NCBI GenBank assembly: GCA_048882505.1
Contig: JBHLRO010000001.1
Coordinates: forward strand, 120,001 to 152,000
Origin: Candidatus Thorarchaeota archaeon
GTDB lineage: Archaea; Asgardarchaeota; Heimdallarchaeia; Hodarchaeales; Hodarchaeaceae
Direction of reading: 5' to 3'
DNA: 32,000 nucleotides
In this document: piece by piece, positions 17,346-26,316 of the stretch
How the letters are laid out: the number at the start of each line of letters is the position of its first letter
Position numbering within the stretch: the first letter of the stretch is position 1
Translations under genes and position numbers: made by a program
Notes under the pieces: model-generated
Told to the model about the DNA's origin: nothing
The model's input: only the letters and a program-made list of their open reading frames with translations
Databases searched by the model: none

Positions 17346-18287
17346 TTGCGATCGAAAGTCCAACACAGACTAATTGGGCACGGATATTCTGATTATAAAG
17401 AGATCACGTTGATTTATCACATACAATCCGTGGCACTCAAAGCAATTCATGATTATTTAGACTCTAACGGTCTCGTACAACTTATGCCGATAATCCTTGC
17501 ACCGATTACTGATCCACTTAATCATCCAGTACACGAGGCACAAATTAAAACTGAAATCGGTCAAGAGCTTCAATTAACCAAGAGTATGATCTTTCACAAA
17601 CAAATTGCTATTGCGGTACTTGATGTAAAAGGTATCTACATCATGTCTCCTAATATAAGGCTAGAAATGGGCCTAGAGAAAAGTAACAGACATCTACTCG
17701 AGTTTACACAGGTGGACATTGAGTTCAAAGACGCCAAAGCTGGCGATTTTATAGCTTTCATGGATAATTTGCTTGTTCACGTGTTTTCTGAGGTCAGGTT
17801 AAGGTGCCAATCCGAACTAGAACTTCTCGGGGTGGATTTAGAGATACCTGTACCTCCCCTTAAAGTCTATTGGAGTAAAACCTTGGAAAGAAAATTCGGG
17901 AGTGATTGGGCAGACATTATATCCAGGCGTGAACGTTCACCATTCTGGATTACCGATTTTGAACGTGAGTTTTACGATCGAGAGGATCCTAACGAAAAGG
18001 GCCGTTACATCAACTATGATCTGTTTTGGCCATATGGATTTGGAGAAGCACTTTCGGGAGGGGAAAGAGACTTCGAATTTAGAACTCTCGAAAGAAAGAT
18101 AAGAGAAAGGAATCAGAAGTTTGCAGAATTTGAAATCTATCTAGATCTTGCGAGACAAGGAGTACTGAGACCCAGTGTGGGTGGTGGACTTGGCGTCGAA
18201 CGTCTCATTAGATTCTTAACACGTCGTGAACGCATCCAAGATGTTTCACTTTTTCCAAGAGTTCCTGGAAAAAGGGTAACAATCTGA
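17346..18287 (+). CDS. asnA: Archaeal-type asparagine synthetase A (AsnRS-related, ammonia-dependent)
   Basis: PITDPL, LTKSMIFHKQ, SPNIRLE, RHLLEFTQVDIE, REFYDRE, NYDL..PYGFGEALSGGER, GGGLGVERL, FPRVPG. The AsnRS catalytic core lacks an anticodon domain. TTG start. Confidence 0.92.
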   Translation: MRSKVQHRLIGHGYSDYKEITLIYHIQSVALKAIHDYLDSNGLVQLMPIILAPITDPLNHPVHEAQIKTEIGQELQLTKSMIFHKQIAIAVLDVKGIYIMSPNIRLEMGLEKSNRHLLEFTQVDIEFKDAKAGDFIAFMDNLLVHVFSEVRLRCQSELELLGVDLEIPVPPLKVYWSKTLERKFGSDWADIISRRERSPFWITDFEREFYDREDPNEKGRYINYDLFWPYGFGEALSGGERDFEFRTLERKIRERNQKFAEFEIYLDLARQGVLRPSVGGGLGVERLIRFLTRRERIQDVSLFPRVPGKRVTI

Positions 18288-18337
18288 TAAAACATTCTAA
18301 TTACGCTATTGGAACGATTCTTCAAGGATAATCTATT

Positions 18338-18360
18338 AAAGGGGTTTTTTCGCTCCTTTT
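18338..18360 (+). terminator. Possible hairpin/T-tract terminator after asnA
   Basis: AAAGGGG-TTTTTTCG-CTCCTTT forms a 7-bp stem with one G-U pair, with T tracts, about 50 nt after the asnA stop. Confidence 0.3.
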
Positions 18361-18417
18361 AATCGTTGTCTTTGTCCAAAGAAGACTATTTCTAGGTTTC
18401 CCACATCAAGCCAATCA

Positions 18418-20517
18418 ATGACAGTAACACAACGCGACATCGAAAAACATCTTTGGGACGCCTCTAATATTCTCCGAGGCAGTGTGGATGCCTCAGAATT
18501 CAAGAATTTTATAGTTGGGCTGCTTTTTCTCAAGAGACTCTCTGATGTTTATGATGAAATTGCCAGAAATGAACCAGATAGCGCTTCTACGGCCCAAATT
18601 GTTTGGGAACACCTTGATGGACAAACTTATCAAATTCCCACGGAAGCCCATTGGAATGCGATACCTCGGTTATGGTACCAGGACATTGGCGATCATCTTA
18701 ATCATATTTCAGAACTTCTCGAGCAGAAAAACCCGTTACTTAAGGGAATCCTAACTAATATTGATTTTAGCCGTTTGCCAAGGGATACCTTGATACGCTT
18801 GGTAAGCCATTTTGATGAAATACGTCTACGCAATGCAGATCTAGTAGATCCAGATCTTTTAGGCCGGGCTTACGAATACCTGATTGCGAAATTTGCAGAA
18901 AAAGCCAAGCAAGGCGGAGAATTTTATACACCCCATAACGTGGTTCGTCTTCTTGTTGAACTCCTAAATCCCGAAGAAAACATGTGGGTTTGTGATCCCA
19001 CCTCTGGCTCTGGAGGCCTCCTGCTTCAGTGTGTGGAGTTTTTACGGCGCTCAGATAAAAATTGGCAAACTCTTTCTCTCTTTGGTCAAGAAAGCAACCC
19101 ACAAACTTGGGCATTATCAAAGATCAATATGTTCCTGCATGGAATTAACGCCAGGATTGAATTAGGTGACACAATTAGAAACCCCAAGCTTGTCAAGGAT
19201 GGCCATCTTCTCCTGTTTGATCTGGTTATTGCAAATCCCCCATTTTCGTTAAAAGAATGGGGAAGGGGGATTGCGAAAAACGACCCATATAATCGATTTA
19301 AACTAGGAATCCCCCCAAAGAGTATTGGGGATATGGCCTTTCTCCAGCATATGATATCTACTTTGAGATCAAATGGACGTCTGGGAATTATATTACCCCA
19401 TGGTGTTTTGTTTCGTGGAGGGGCCGAACGGAAGATACGAAAAACCCTCGTAGAGGCAGATTTCATTGAGGCCATCGTAGGTCTTCCACCAAATCTATTT
19501 TATGGCACTAGCATTCCGGCATGTATCTTGATACTTAACAAAAACAAGCAATCGGATCGAAAATCAAAAATACAATTCATAAATGCGTTTTCGCTATACA
19601 ACGCCCGTCCCAGTCAAAACGTGCTCACCGTACAACATATTCAAAAGATCGTGGAGGCACATAGTAATCAACGCGAATCCCCCCAATTCTCACGAATAGT
19701 TTCCATAAAGGAAATTAGGGATATGATGTATAATCTTAATATATCGCTCTACATTGACATTTCCACCCCAGATCCTCAAATTGACGTACAGAAGGTATGG
19801 AATGGTTTTCATCTTCTTGAAAATGTTCGTCAGTCGCAAATTGACCAGGTTCAAAAAGTGATTGAACGAGTTTCTGAATCTGCATCCTCTTCCACTTCAA
19901 CCATCAGCGCATACCCAGATACTTGGTACAGTGCAAAGCTGGGAGACTTGGTAACAATTGAAACAGGAAAACGAGCAAAGGGAGGAGCTTTGAAGAGTGG
20001 AGAAGTGGCGAGCATCGGAGGAGAACATATCAACGATGGAAGAATTTCATGGGAAACAATCAAATACATCCCTGACAGAATTTACATGCAGCTAACGCAG
20101 GGAAAGGTTAATCTACACGATGTTCTAGTTGTCAAGGATGGGGCCACTACAGGCAAGGTTGCTTTCATTCGTGATCTTCCCTATGAAAAAATCGCAGTAA
20201 ACGAACACGTTTTTCTAATTCGAACCAATGATCCTAACCAATTGGACGCAGAATTCTTGTATTATGTTATGGAGTCGAAAATCGGGCAAAGTCAGATTAA
20301 AAAAAGATTTCATGGAATCATTGGGGGAATAAACAGAACAGACGTCAAATCGATAAAAATCCCTATTCCGCCAATCAAGGAACAGCACAAGATTGTACAA
20401 ATTCTGGCCTCCCTTGAAACTCACATTAATTTGACAAATGAGGTTAACCAACAGGTCAAAACGTTGAAGAAGGGGTTAATGCAACATCTTCTATCTGGGG
20501 GGTTGGGACCAGATTAA
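18418..20517 (+). CDS. hsdM: Type I R-M methyltransferase HsdM fused in frame to a single HsdS target-recognition domain
   Basis: LWDASNILRG, LGRAYEYLI, GGEFYTP, DPTSGSGG, ANPPFS, LPHGVLFRG. After a Ser/Thr linker come WYSAKLGDL...TRD...IPIPPIKEQHKIV...LKKGLMQHLLSG. Confidence 0.92.
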   Translation: MTVTQRDIEKHLWDASNILRGSVDASEFKNFIVGLLFLKRLSDVYDEIARNEPDSASTAQIVWEHLDGQTYQIPTEAHWNAIPRLWYQDIGDHLNHISELLEQKNPLLKGILTNIDFSRLPRDTLIRLVSHFDEIRLRNADLVDPDLLGRAYEYLIAKFAEKAKQGGEFYTPHNVVRLLVELLNPEENMWVCDPTSGSGGLLLQCVEFLRRSDKNWQTLSLFGQESNPQTWALSKINMFLHGINARIELGDTIRNPKLVKDGHLLLFDLVIANPPFSLKEWGRGIAKNDPYNRFKLGIPPKSIGDMAFLQHMISTLRSNGRLGIILPHGVLFRGGAERKIRKTLVEADFIEAIVGLPPNLFYGTSIPACILILNKNKQSDRKSKIQFINAFSLYNARPSQNVLTVQHIQKIVEAHSNQRESPQFSRIVSIKEIRDMMYNLNISLYIDISTPDPQIDVQKVWNGFHLLENVRQSQIDQVQKVIERVSESASSSTSTISAYPDTWYSAKLGDLVTIETGKRAKGGALKSGEVASIGGEHINDGRISWETIKYIPDRIYMQLTQGKVNLHDVLVVKDGATTGKVAFIRDLPYEKIAVNEHVFLIRTNDPNQLDAEFLYYVMESKIGQSQIKKRFHGIIGGINRTDVKSIKIPIPPIKEQHKIVQILASLETHINLTNEVNQQVKTLKKGLMQHLLSGGLGPD

Positions 20518-20735
20518 TCAGAGTAAGGAACCAATTGTTTTGTTCTGTCCATAAATACGGAATCCTTCAACGGACTTTATGTTCATTTTATTATAAGCGC
20601 GTGTCGCTATTTACCTCGATTTTTCAATACCGGATTTCAATCCGAAAATCTGGAATCATTACCCTTAAAATGGAGTTCAAGGTATATCCACAGACATCTA
20701 ATGGCTGTTAAAAACCAGATTTGGTGATAAAAAAG

Positions 20736-21098
20736 ATGTCTATGGAAATGGATCCCGCTCAGCAAGTCCTTGTATCAACTGTTGAGGAAATTCCTGGATA
20801 TGAGATTGTGAATTATCTGGGGGTTGCCTTTGGAATTACTGTACGATCACGTGGTGTCGGAGGTCGCTGTATAGGAGGCTGTGAAGCCTGTGTTGGCGGG
20901 GAAATAACCGCGTATACACAAAGCGCAATTGAAGCTCGAAATGATGCTATCTATCGATTATGCAGAGAAGTAGCGGATCGTGGTGGCAACGGAGTTATCG
21001 GTGTCAAATTTGACTCGTCTCGTTCTGGACAAGATGCATCAATGACTGATATTGTTGCCTACGGAACTGCAGTTAGAGTAGTGCCCAGATCCAAGTAA
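20736..21098 (+). CDS. YbjQ/UPF0145 family protein with unusual Cys substitutions
   Basis: STVEEIPGYEIVNYLG, VGGEITAY, EAR..AI.RL, GGNGVIGVKFD, AYGTAV. ATG 20736 follows GGTGA; the ORF is open from 20721. Confidence 0.88.
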   Translation: MSMEMDPAQQVLVSTVEEIPGYEIVNYLGVAFGITVRSRGVGGRCIGGCEACVGGEITAYTQSAIEARNDAIYRLCREVADRGGNGVIGVKFDSSRSGQDASMTDIVAYGTAVRVVPRSK

Positions 21099-21123
21099 AA
21101 TTTCACTCAAAAGCAAACAAGCT

Positions 21124-21744
21124 GTGCCCAGATCAATGTTATCAAAATCCAGACCTCTATCCTTAAAATATCGGCTCCATTTTTCTCTCCGTCACCTTAA
21201 ACTATTTCTTCCATTCCGTTTTGCCCATCATCCTCTTTGTGAGGGTTTTTCACAAGAAACCATTTCATACCATCGTTGGGTTATCTGCCGAGGATGTACT
21301 TTTACATTCGTGTCTTTCTTTTTCATGACTCTGATTGACTTTTTTTTCCAACCTTTCAAGAAAATAGCATTGGTCGAGGGTTTGTTCCTGGTTCTTCTGC
21401 TTACTGGTCCAGTGTGGATCGGGCTCTTTTATTCGTTTCAGAGTCGCATTGTCAAAGACATTTTGAGAATAGTTCTAGGGAGTGGATGGGGAATTTCAAT
21501 AGGAGAATTATGGCTACGCCCGTGGATGCCCGATAAGATGGTCATTGCCCTTGGGATAGTAAGTTTTTGGGTATTATTTGTTCAAATAAGAAAGATACGT
21601 AATAAAAAGAACATAAAATTTTGTAGTACGTGCCCCCAGAGGACATACACAGTATGTGATGGATTTAAGCGACAGTATGAAGCTGAAATCCAGTTCAACC
21701 AGGAAATAGATACCTTCTTGTGGGAAGAATCAAATAAACAGTAG
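21124..21744 (+). CDS. Membrane protein with Cys/His metal-binding motifs (DUF2085-like)
   Basis: FAHHPLC...ICRGC, about 4 TM segments, then FCSTCPQRTYTVCDGF. The start may be ATG 21136. Confidence 0.6.
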   Translation: MPRSMLSKSRPLSLKYRLHFSLRHLKLFLPFRFAHHPLCEGFSQETISYHRWVICRGCTFTFVSFFFMTLIDFFFQPFKKIALVEGLFLVLLLTGPVWIGLFYSFQSRIVKDILRIVLGSGWGISIGELWLRPWMPDKMVIALGIVSFWVLFVQIRKIRNKKNIKFCSTCPQRTYTVCDGFKRQYEAEIQFNQEIDTFLWEESNKQ

Positions 21745-21801
21745 CAATCCTCTCGAGTACTAAGTAGCAGGGATCAAAAAACCGTATAGGCTGTGTATAT
21801 C

Positions 21802-22326
21802 CTACCCGAAAACTTGTTTAAGCAATTTGTTCAGATAGGCCTGTATAACCTCGTCTGAATCGCCCACCCTACTAATTCGTTCCCAAGCATCTTCTGTAAG
21901 TCCATACTGTTGAAGACGGTCGGGGAGGATAAGTTGCCAACGATGCACGCCTTCCCGGTAATTTGCGGCTTCGTCCATTAAAATTTGAAATTCAATTGAC
22001 AGTTGAAAATACACCTTCAAACTGGCCTGGTCTAATGCAATTGGCCCAGAGATGCTAGGAAAAATGGATTCAAGGGGGAGAGGAACATTTAATGAGATAG
22101 GGGTAAGACGGAAATTGGAATCTTGCTTCGAAATGGATTTAGAGCCCCCATTTGATGAATATATATTTGCGGGGTCGGGTTTTCCTTTTTCAAAGTTATA
22201 TTGAAAATCCTCTGGAATGACAGGTTTAATCTCGCTGGCTTTTCGCTCTGTTAAGGTTTTTGTTCCACCACAGTGCGGACAAGGGAGTTCCAGGATGTAA
22301 GAATGACATTTTTTACAAACTGGAAT
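21802..22326 (-). CDS. Zn-ribbon protein, longer than the 72-aa ORF in the track; probable non-canonical start (ATT 22326, ATA 22332 or CTG 22341)
   Basis: The frame is open from 22365 to TAG 21802 and reads IPVCKKCHSYILELPCPHCGG...Pro/Ser linker...helical C-terminal domain. GGAGG at 22339-22335 lies 8 nt before the ATT. Confidence 0.65.
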   Translation of the reverse strand: MPVCKKCHSYILELPCPHCGGTKTLTERKASEIKPVIPEDFQYNFEKGKPDPANIYSSNGGSKSISKQDSNFRLTPISLNVPLPLESIFPSISGPIALDQASLKVYFQLSIEFQILMDEAANYREGVHRWQLILPDRLQQYGLTEDAWERISRVGDSDEVIQAYLNKLLKQVFG

Positions 22327-22354
22327 CGCTATATCCTCCAGAGGCGAATTATTT

Positions 22355-22825
22355 TCACATGGTTCTCAATCGATGACTTGATACCACCGAACTTTTCTCA
22401 GAAATAGTTACCCGATGCATTATGTCACCATCTTTTAATTTATCGATTATCTCTAAACCCCTGGCCACCTTACCGAAAATCGTATGTTGGCCATCTAGAT
22501 GCGGTTGTGGAGCACGAACTAGAAAAAACTGGGAGCCACCTGTATTTCTCCCAGCATGGGCCATGGATATTGCGCCTCGTATATGATTATGCTTGCCTGC
22601 ATTTTTTTCTGTTTCACAGGGAATCTTATAACCAGGACCTCCTGTTCCTGTGTCGTGAGGACAACCTCCTTGAGCAACAAAACCAGGAATACAGCGGTGA
22701 AATGATAAACCATCGTAAAATCCTTTTTCGCTCAGACTCACAAAATTCTTGACAGTATTTGTGATTTCATCAAAAAATTGGATCTCGATATTTCCGTATC
22801 GAGTTTCAATAGTTGCTTTTGTCAT
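22355..22825 (-). CDS. ppiA: Cyclophilin-type peptidyl-prolyl cis-trans isomerase
   Basis: FYDGLSFHRCIPGFVAQGG, GTGGPGY, GAISMAHAG.NTGGSQFF, HLDGQHTIFGKV. Confidence 0.95.
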   Translation of the reverse strand: MTKATIETRYGNIEIQFFDEITNTVKNFVSLSEKGFYDGLSFHRCIPGFVAQGGCPHDTGTGGPGYKIPCETEKNAGKHNHIRGAISMAHAGRNTGGSQFFLVRAPQPHLDGQHTIFGKVARGLEIIDKLKDGDIMHRVTISEKSSVVSSHRLRTM

Positions 22826-23163
22826 GGGCTATCACCAAATCTCTTCTTGGGGAAGTTATTTAATCTTTCGTTTATTAACTGGATCAAAACTCCCCAATAG
22901 CTCCTCTATAATTTAATTTTCGTGTTTCTTAATCCCTTGAATCGAGAATCCCGTGTTTTTACGGTATTTTAGGAAACTGTACTCCAGGTGAGATGAACCC
23001 TATTATTCCGAACGATTTATTCATCATGGAGATCAGACATATGCCTTTAGAACATCTAGGGTTCATTCGTTGTCCATTGCTTGATTGCCAAAAAGATATC
23101 CTATTTGAATGGGAAGTTCTTTTGTGGGCCAATTATTCAATGGAATAAGGAGAATGGCGCTAT

Positions 23164-24087
23164 ATGATCGATTATAGACATTATGAACCCAATAAGGGGT
23201 ATGAAGAATTACAAGCGCAAATTTATAATGATGCCAATCCCGCGAACTATCCACCGGCCACTGCTGACCAAATTATTAAGCGATATCAGGAAGAAGGCAT
23301 TGACCCACGGATGGTTCGGTACGCATTTGAGGGGGACAATATGATCGCATATATTCAAGCTCGGAAACGATCATCCGTCAACGAAGTCCATCTTAGCTTT
23401 CCATGGGGTCGAAAAGGGTGTCCAACCGAGATCCAGGATAAGTTATTCAACGACATGTTAAATTTTTGCCAGGAAACATTTTCAGACCACACGGTTCGGG
23501 TAAATTTACCTGCAACACTTACTGAAAACGTGAAATTTCTCCAACAAAAAGGGTTCGTTGAAAAAAATAGATGGTATCAATACTTTGTCGATTTAAAAGA
23601 TATTAGCAGTCTTAAATATGATCAATCAAGATACTCTTCACAAATCGCTTCAGAAACGGATGTTGAATCTCTAATTGATCTGATAAAAGTCGATGGACGT
23701 TATAAATCCAATTTCAAAACTGATTCTGAAATTCGGGATTACTTGGTTGGGAAAGTACTTGCAACCGGACATTTGGTGATGATCCATGATAACGGAGAAT
23801 TAACGGCGGCCTCAGCGCCCCTTCTCTATAAACTTCCGCTTAAAGAAAAAGAAGCTATTATTCTTCGGTTCACCGCTTATAGGGATTCAAAATCCCAAGA
23901 AGCATATCGTCCACTCCTTATTGAAGTAGCCAAAGAATGTATGAGATCTAATTATGGAGTCGACCACCAAATGAGTCTTTATAGCGATCAAATGGATACT
24001 CCGCCCCAAGTTCGCTCCGTGATTGAGGGGCTTAATTCAGAAGGAGAATTAGCATTCTATTATTTCTATCAGGAAGAAAAAGGTTAA
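23164..24087 (+). CDS. Probable GNAT-fold acetyltransferase-like protein (tandem domains)
   Basis: N-terminal IDYRHYEP...IYN, MVRYAFEGDNMIAYIQ, VKFLQQKGF; a second repeat begins SQIASETDVESL. Confidence 0.55.
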   Translation: MIDYRHYEPNKGYEELQAQIYNDANPANYPPATADQIIKRYQEEGIDPRMVRYAFEGDNMIAYIQARKRSSVNEVHLSFPWGRKGCPTEIQDKLFNDMLNFCQETFSDHTVRVNLPATLTENVKFLQQKGFVEKNRWYQYFVDLKDISSLKYDQSRYSSQIASETDVESLIDLIKVDGRYKSNFKTDSEIRDYLVGKVLATGHLVMIHDNGELTAASAPLLYKLPLKEKEAIILRFTAYRDSKSQEAYRPLLIEVAKECMRSNYGVDHQMSLYSDQMDTPPQVRSVIEGLNSEGELAFYYFYQEEKG

Positions 24088-24109
24088 GTCCTCTCCTCCA
24101 AATTTATAG

Positions 24110-25285
24110 ATGGGAACTAATTTTCCATTAAATGTCATGGGTATCTCCGTGGGAACTTCAATGGAATATCCGGAATTGGCAGATTATTTATGCAAAAAAG
24201 CATTAAAAAAGTACAGAAATGAAATTGGTATAGTTGCAGTTTATGGGTCATTTGTAACTGGAACCCAAACCCCCTATTCTGACCTTGACCTCTATGCAAT
24301 CCTTGATTCGGGCACAAAATCCAGGCCAAAATGGTCGTTCATCTATAATGGTGTTCCCGTCGATTTTTGGAGTATGTCGTGGAAGGATGCGGAACAACTT
24401 GCAGAAGGGGGAGAGGATCATGTCTGGAGCGTTTCTGCTTCTCTCTTTCATAACAATAGGGTATTGTATTCACGAAGTTCTGAAGATTTGAGAAGATTCG
24501 AGCAGATTAAGGCCAAAACAAGTGTAACCCAAGAAAAACACCTAAAGATCATATTGGATATATTCAGTCGTCTGTTTATTTATCCAGAAATAGTAAAACG
24601 TGCAGGAATGCAAAATGATTTGCTTTCGGCTCGCTGGGCAGGTTGGAACCTAGTTAATTCCAGTATTGAAATTATCACAAGGATAAACAGCAATTTTCTC
24701 ACCAAAAACTGGGGGTCCAATCTTCATCAAGTTCTGGATTTGCCCCGCCTTCCAAAGGATTTCCCCGAGTATGTTCAGCATTTAACAACCTCAGATAATA
24801 TTGACGTAATTCTGATGAACAGTGTTCAGTTTTTGGAGTCCTTGGATCGATTTATTTCCCGATTTCAGAAAAAATTGATTGTTGCAAGTTATGATTTTAC
24901 AGCACGTTTCGCTGACCACTTTATTAGCATCAAGGAATACATTGGCAAAATCTTATCCGCCTGTCAAGAGAAGAACATACATAAGGCAAGTTTTGCTGCC
25001 TCTGAACTCCAAATCTGGATTGCGGAAATTCTAAACAGTTCCAAATATCCACAATACGTAAACACATACAAGTACAACCTCTACCAGGAGGTTAACTCCG
25101 AATACAAAAGACTTCAGTTTCCGGATTTATCGAAATACATATCGACGCGGAATTTTGTGGGTTTGAGATCGGCAACGGAAAAACTTGAAGCAATGCTCAA
25201 GGATATATCTCGGCAATATGGGGTAAAAAACAGAGAATTCATTTCAAAGGAAGAGATACGTGATTATTTTGATAATTTGGCTTAG
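24110..25285 (+). CDS. Pol-beta-family nucleotidyltransferase (kanamycin nucleotidyltransferase-like) with extended helical C-terminus
   Basis: VAVYGSFVTG...YSDLDLYAI and a third Asp in PVDFW, followed by helical-bundle regions. The start may be ATG 24161. Confidence 0.75.
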   Translation: MGTNFPLNVMGISVGTSMEYPELADYLCKKALKKYRNEIGIVAVYGSFVTGTQTPYSDLDLYAILDSGTKSRPKWSFIYNGVPVDFWSMSWKDAEQLAEGGEDHVWSVSASLFHNNRVLYSRSSEDLRRFEQIKAKTSVTQEKHLKIILDIFSRLFIYPEIVKRAGMQNDLLSARWAGWNLVNSSIEIITRINSNFLTKNWGSNLHQVLDLPRLPKDFPEYVQHLTTSDNIDVILMNSVQFLESLDRFISRFQKKLIVASYDFTARFADHFISIKEYIGKILSACQEKNIHKASFAASELQIWIAEILNSSKYPQYVNTYKYNLYQEVNSEYKRLQFPDLSKYISTRNFVGLRSATEKLEAMLKDISRQYGVKNREFISKEEIRDYFDNLA

Positions 25286-25320
25286 CTATCTGAAGTAACT
25301 CTAATACTATGATTAGTTCC

Positions 25321-26313
25321 TTACTGGTTAGTTCCTTCGTGTAATAGTCCCCACTCTTCCAGTTCTCTGACGGATACGTTCGCCCCGCATAATACAATCC
25401 CGATTTTTTCCACTCCTTTTAACGCAAACTTCCTATTTAAAAGCGCAGCAATTGTACAGGAGGTTGCAGGTTCTACTATTATCTTCTCTTCTCTCATAAG
25501 AAGGCTCAAAGCATTTAAAGCTTCCTGGTCAGTCACCGTTTCCATCGCATTTACCACAGCTTTTAAGCGCGCAAAAGTGCTTGCCGTAGTACGTTTTGCC
25601 GCTAGAGTTGTGGCGATACTTGTTATTTCCGGGAGCGTTATCAGCCGGTTTTTCCTGAAGCTTTGCGTGACAGCATCGGCACCTTCGGTCTCAACTCCAT
25701 AAATCATGATTTCTGGTCGCATCTGGCGTGCCACCATACCTATCCCGCTAAGTAATCCACCTCCGCCAACAGAAGCCACAATTGCATCTAAATCGGATTT
25801 CTGTTCCATCATCTCAAGTCCAATCGTTCCCTGTCCTTTTACCACATTTAGATCATCGAACGGATGAATGTATACAAGGCCCTCCTCCTCTGCTACTCGT
25901 TGAGCTTTCTCATCTGCATCATCCCACGCTTGGCCAAATTGAACTGGTTTACCTCCCCACTTCACGATTTTTCCAATTTTCTCTTGAGAAGTTGTCATTG
26001 GAACATAAACAGTTACAGGTGTATCAAATTGTTTCCCTGCATAACATACTCCTAATCCATGGTTTCCTCCAGAAGCAGTTATTAATCCCCTATTTCTTTC
26101 CTCCTCATCCAGGGCAAGCACTTTAGCACATGCTCCTCGAACTTTGAATGATTTGGTGGGCTGAAGGAATTCATATTTGAGATATATCTCCTTTCCAATT
26201 AGATCTTCTAGAACATAAGACCGAATGAGCGGTGTTTGTTCAATATAAGGTTGAATCTTCTTATGCGTTTCTAAAATTTCCCATAAAAGAAGACCTTTGA
26301 AGACACCTGACAC
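25321..26313 (-). CDS. PLP-dependent threonine/serine dehydratase (catalytic domain only)
   Basis: TPLIRS, KYEFLQPTKSFKVRGA, ASGGNHG, IHPFDD...GQGTIGLE, VGGGGLLSG, VEPA, VLCGAN. Confidence 0.9.
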   Translation of the reverse strand: MSGVFKGLLLWEILETHKKIQPYIEQTPLIRSYVLEDLIGKEIYLKYEFLQPTKSFKVRGACAKVLALDEEERNRGLITASGGNHGLGVCYAGKQFDTPVTVYVPMTTSQEKIGKIVKWGGKPVQFGQAWDDADEKAQRVAEEEGLVYIHPFDDLNVVKGQGTIGLEMMEQKSDLDAIVASVGGGGLLSGIGMVARQMRPEIMIYGVETEGADAVTQSFRKNRLITLPEITSIATTLAAKRTTASTFARLKAVVNAMETVTDQEALNALSLLMREEKIIVEPATSCTIAALLNRKFALKGVEKIGIVLCGANVSVRELEEWGLLHEGTNQ

Positions 26314-26316
26314 TGG

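Noticed and set aside
20631-20644. CGGATT-TC-AATCCG inverted repeat after hsdM-S
   Set aside because: Too short, and no second copy to support an operator or terminator.
21081-21134. 11-bp direct repeat GTGCCCAGATC at 21081 and 21124
   Set aside because: Only two copies, one inside the ybjQ-like coding sequence, with no array or mobile-element context. Likely chance or a small local duplication.
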